Shown here: in pieces, positions 31,918-34,919 of the stretch
How the letters are laid out: every line of letters begins with the position of its first letter
Position numbering within the stretch: position 1 is the stretch's first letter
NCBI GenBank assembly: GCA_036384775.1
Contig: DASVLR010000046.1
Location: forward strand, 1-34,919
DNA: 34,919 nucleotides
Direction of reading: 5' to 3'
Origin: Minisyncoccota bacterium
GTDB lineage: Bacteria > Patescibacteriota > Minisyncoccia > Phycocordibacterales > PALSA-1337
The notes under the pieces: model-generated
What the model was told of the DNA's origin: nothing
The model's input: only the letters and a program-made list of their open reading frames with translations
The model's database searches: none
Made by a program: the position numbers and the translations under genes

Positions 31918-32745
31918 ATGTCCAAAACAAACTCTCCCGAACGGGAGAATAATAAACGAGCAAAAAGGGAAGTGGGCGGCAGGCACACCGGCCACAAAGT
32001 CGACGTCTCCATTCTGAAGCGCTTCGGCCTGTCCAATAACGACATCCGAGTCTATGAGGCATTATTTGCCATCGGCCGCACTCGTACTGGTGCGATCATT
32101 AAAGAAACCGGCATTGCCAATTCACGCGTGTATGCTTCCCTGCAAAATCTGATCAATCGCGCTCTCGCCTCGTATCAGGTCAAAAATAACGTAAAGTACT
32201 ATCAGGCTGAACTTCCCTCCCAGCTCATCGAGAAATCCAAAAAGGACGCGCAGAAACTTGAGGCATTGTCGGACGCGTTGTCCCGCCTCCCCATTCTTCA
32301 TGATGAGCGCAATGAGACCAACACATACGAAGGTATTCGCGGCCTCAAAATGGCGTATCAGAAACATTATGAGGATGTTGAGCCGCATGAGACCGTGCTT
32401 ATTTCTGTGTCTGTCGGCGATGAATACAGCACGTCGCAGGAACTTCGTAGTTTCTTCACAGAAAAGATCGACCCGATCATGATCAAAAAGAAAGTCCGGG
32501 GTCACATGATCACCAACAAGGATGTCAGTTCCATCATCAAACAAGATCGCCCGGACTTTTCGATTTACTCGATTCGCTATCTGTCTCCCAAATACAAACT
32601 TCCCTACGCGCTTAATATTTCGCGTAAGGAAGTCATGATCTCAGTATGGGGCGAAAATCCGATCGTGTTTTGTATTCGTAACCCGATTGTCGTCGAAGCC
32701 TTCAAGAAGAACTTCGAATATTTGTGGTCGATTGCGAAGAAGTAG
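31918..32745 (+). CDS. TrmB-family transcriptional regulator, copy 2
   Basis: LKRFGLSNNDIRVYEALFAIGRTRTGAIIKETGIANSRVYASLQNLINRALA is a wHTH. It has the same length and C-terminal layout as copy 1 and is divergent from SBP paralog 5. Confidence 0.75.
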   Translation: MSKTNSPERENNKRAKREVGGRHTGHKVDVSILKRFGLSNNDIRVYEALFAIGRTRTGAIIKETGIANSRVYASLQNLINRALASYQVKNNVKYYQAELPSQLIEKSKKDAQKLEALSDALSRLPILHDERNETNTYEGIRGLKMAYQKHYEDVEPHETVLISVSVGDEYSTSQELRSFFTEKIDPIMIKKKVRGHMITNKDVSSIIKQDRPDFSIYSIRYLSPKYKLPYALNISRKEVMISVWGENPIVFCIRNPIVVEAFKKNFEYLWSIAKK

Positions 32746-32757
32746 CCAGCGACAGAA

Positions 32758-33858
32758 CTATTCGTACGGCACATACTTCCCGTCCTTCACCACATTCACT
32801 TCCATATCGTACAAAACCGTTCGGTCCGGCAAGTAGCGGAAGTTGCCAATAGCAGGGTCTGAATATGCGGTATTGGTGACTGCGTCGCCAAGCACGGCAA
32901 AATTACGATCACGATGGTCGAGCGCATTTACAACATCGTGTACCACATCCCACGCCATGGCTGAATAATAGTCCGGCTCAGCGTTATAGGCGGCGTGATA
33001 GAGCTTCGTAAACTCTTTTGAAAAATGGGTCGGTGCGATGCCTGGTGCAATCGTACCCTCGACAGACTCGCCGAAGCCTTCCAGATTCTTGCTGTCGACA
33101 TCGATGAATGTCACGCGAGTTCCCTTGTAGCCAGCTTCATGGAGCTGCTTCATAAAGGTAAGCGTATCGGTCGGATTGTCTGAGGCCATAAAGACGACAT
33201 CCGGCTTCTGGGCCATGATCTTGGTGACATACGTACGGAAGTTGCGCTCGCCTGCCTTAGAGAAATCTGAGTACACGATCTGGTAATTATTGGCGGCGGC
33301 CATGGCCTTCATGGTCTTGTCGGAATCAATACCGAAATCAGTATTTGAATCGAGGATCGCAATCGTCTCTATGTTTCGTGACTTGAAAATAGGCACGAGC
33401 CCCTGAAGTTGGACCGGCGCAGTCGGATACGCACACCAGACATTCTTGAGTGACACGAACGAGCTCGAACAATACGACAACGCAAAGACGTTTTTATTCT
33501 GCGCAGCGGCCACCGGTGCCAGTGCAATTGCTTCATCCGGTCCATACGGGCCCACAAACACATCGACATGCTGCGTATCCATCAGTTGCTTCGCGGCTGA
33601 AATAGTATCGGCTGGTCTGTTTTTCGTATCCTGAATGACGAACGTAACACCCGACTCAGCGAGATCTTTTTGAGCCAGTGCAATACCTCGTGAAAGTTTT
33701 TCGCCTGAAACTGCAGTGTCACCGGAGAGTGGCAGCAATACACCGACCTTTATGGGATGTTCGACAGGAATCACGGCAGTGCCGGAATGTCTGCTCAATA
33801 CAATCAATACAACCACTATGACGATCAGAAGTATGCTGAGGCCAACTTTTTTATTCAT
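32758..33858 (-). CDS. ABC transporter substrate-binding protein, LivJ/K-like, paralog 6, membrane-anchored
   Basis: MNKKVGLSILLIVIVVVLIVL anchor, then IKVGVLLPLSGDTAVSGEKLSRGIALAQKDL. Confidence 0.8.
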   Translation of the reverse strand: MNKKVGLSILLIVIVVVLIVLSRHSGTAVIPVEHPIKVGVLLPLSGDTAVSGEKLSRGIALAQKDLAESGVTFVIQDTKNRPADTISAAKQLMDTQHVDVFVGPYGPDEAIALAPVAAAQNKNVFALSYCSSSFVSLKNVWCAYPTAPVQLQGLVPIFKSRNIETIAILDSNTDFGIDSDKTMKAMAAANNYQIVYSDFSKAGERNFRTYVTKIMAQKPDVVFMASDNPTDTLTFMKQLHEAGYKGTRVTFIDVDSKNLEGFGESVEGTIAPGIAPTHFSKEFTKLYHAAYNAEPDYYSAMAWDVVHDVVNALDHRDRNFAVLGDAVTNTAYSDPAIGNFRYLPDRTVLYDMEVNVVKDGKYVPYE

Positions 33859-33864
33859 ACCCTA

Positions 33865-33892
33865 ATAGTACGTGCGGCTTCAGTTTGGTCAA
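33865..33892 (-). promoter_or_regulatory. Promoter of SBP paralog 6, leaderless-type
   Basis: On the - strand: TTGACC (33887-33892), 16-nt spacer, TACTAT (33865-33870), then 6 nt to the ATG at 33858. Confidence 0.55.
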
Positions 33893-33906
33893 TGCACAGA
33901 AGATGC

Positions 33907-33937
33907 AAATAAAAACAGCGACTCAGTGAGTCGCTGT
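33907..33937 (-). terminator. Rho-independent terminator after the 68-aa ORF
   Basis: The - strand has an ACAGCGACTC-act-GAGTCGCTGT stem (9-10 bp) followed by TTTTTATTT. Confidence 0.85.
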
Positions 33938-33960
33938 TCGTATGAGACAGGCAGAGACTG

Positions 33961-34167
33961 TTACCCTTTCTGTCGTCTCGCTTCCTCGTCGAGCTCCGCA
34001 GGCGTCATTTGCATGGTGCGCTGAATTTCTTCGAGCGGCCTGCGCATTTCATCGACGGTCCTGAGTAAGGGCCGGACGAGTTCAACGAGGTCATCGTATT
34101 TTCGCTCGGCCTTCTCGCGCCGGAGTTTTTCCGCCTCATACAGAGCCTTGTAGTCGTGTTCTGGCAT
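33961..34167 (-). CDS. Hypothetical 68-aa charged, coiled-coil-like protein
   Basis: An ORF with a highly charged helical composition (EAEKLRREKAERKYDDLVELV...). A strong terminator follows it and TGATATAGA, a candidate extended -10 (reverse complement of 34209-34217), precedes it. Confidence 0.45.
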   Translation of the reverse strand: MPEHDYKALYEAEKLRREKAERKYDDLVELVRPLLRTVDEMRRPLEEIQRTMQMTPAELDEEARRQKG

Positions 34168-34255
34168 CGAAAGATCCTTGATTCGATTGTTTGTGTGCTA
34201 ACGTGAGGTCTATATCAAATCACACATTATCAAATTATTCAAGGGCTGGCCCGCT

Positions 34256-34919
34256 CTACAACCGATATTCACCCACCAATCCCTGCGGCCTGAAGATCAT
34301 GAGGAGGATCAGCAGCAAACCGTAGACCACCTGGCGCATTTGCGCAGCAATATCATCCGGGAAGCCGACGAAGCGTAGGATTTCCGGCAGCAAAATGAGA
34401 CAGACCGCGCCAAGCACTGCTCCCTTGTTCGATGCAAGGCCGCCCAAAATGATGATGGCCAAGATGAATATCGATTCCATGAGAGCAAATGACGACGGAT
34501 CGATGAAGGTGATGTATGAGGCAAACAACGAACCCGCAATGGCAGCGAGCGCTGCGCCTACCACAAAGATTGCGAGCTTGTACCACAGTGTTCGGTAGCC
34601 AAATACACCGATCGCCTCTTCGTCTTCACGGATCGCCTTGAGCACACGACCAAATGACGAGTTTGTCACGTAATGACAGACGGCGTAGACGATGGCGAGG
34701 ATGACGACAGACAATATCAGGAAGGACAGATTGCTCGAGAAAGTGAAGCCACCGATTGCCGGTCGCGAGATGCCCGGGATACCGAGCGGACCGCGCGTGA
34801 GCGATTGCCAGTTGAGGAAGATGCTATAGATGATGATATTGAAACCGAATGCACCCAGCGCGTAATAGTCATCTTTGAATTTCGAGAGCACGAAGCCGAT
34901 CGCCAGTGCGACCACGGCC
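34256..34919 (-). CDS. livM: Branched-chain amino acid-type ABC transporter permease LivM, 5'-truncated by the window edge
   Basis: KLAIFVVGAALAAIAGSLFASYITFIDPSSF...ILGGLASNKGAVLGA...FRPQGLVGEYRL matches the LivM C-terminal half. The frame is open to nt 34919. Confidence 0.8.
   Translation of the reverse strand, partial: AVVALAIGFVLSKFKDDYYALGAFGFNIIIYSIFLNWQSLTRGPLGIPGISRPAIGGFTFSSNLSFLILSVVILAIVYAVCHYVTNSSFGRVLKAIREDEEAIGVFGYRTLWYKLAIFVVGAALAAIAGSLFASYITFIDPSSFALMESIFILAIIILGGLASNKGAVLGAVCLILLPEILRFVGFPDDIAAQMRQVVYGLLLILLMIFRPQGLVGEYRL

Noticed and set aside
1-34919. CRISPR arrays, transposases or IS elements, integrases, reverse transcriptase/DGR or retron modules, toxin-antitoxin pairs, and known defence-system genes
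   Set aside because: I looked for regularly spaced repeats, long terminal inverted repeats and hallmark motifs (DDE, Tyr/Ser recombinase, YxDD) in all ORFs and found none. The island idea near tRNA-Glu therefore rests only on repeats and composition.

Overview
This 34.9-kb chromosomal window looks like it comes from a small-genome, monoderm-style bacterium. Membrane-anchored solute-binding proteins, no visible Shine-Dalgarno sequences and many leaderless-type promoters are reminiscent of Patescibacteria/CPR, but that assignment is inference only. Left third, mostly + strand: the 3' part of a HisRS-like gene, an AT-rich orphan HExxH protein (-), an rpsU-ybeY-ftsA-DUF457-like operon, a small membrane protein (-), ftsZ and trxB. 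Middle: a membrane-anchored SNase-type nuclease, a DUF2795 protein, a DUF5666-like repeat secreted protein, four tRNAs (Ser-CGA, Glu-UUC, Val-GAC, Glu-CUC), mscL, a 516-aa orphan surface protein with a Pro/Thr linker, an FMN-dependent alpha-hydroxy-acid oxidase, and three orphan ORFs next to tRNA-Glu(CUC). Right half, - strand: a short dcw block (mraZ-rsmH-ftsL-like-ftsI-murF), lysS with a C-terminal DUF2000-like extension, greA, and an ~11.8-kb Liv-type ABC-transporter locus. In that locus six divergent paralogous substrate-binding-protein (SBP) genes are interleaved with livM, livG and livF, two TrmB-like regulators, a SAM methyltransferase and a 68-aa ORF. The most notable non-coding signals are: (i) a ~100-nt structured element present twice in opposite orientations (946-1051 and 6426-6526) with a compensatory base-pair change; (ii) a dense array of GTGG-AT-A / DnaA-box-like motifs around the mraZ promoter; (iii) at least eight promoters whose -10 hexamer lies 6-9 nt from the start codon; (iv) tRNA-Glu 3'-end-like fragments beside tRNA-Glu(CUC). 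I saw no CRISPR array, transposase, integrase, reverse transcriptase or rRNA. All family assignments come from motif recognition by eye, with no searches run.
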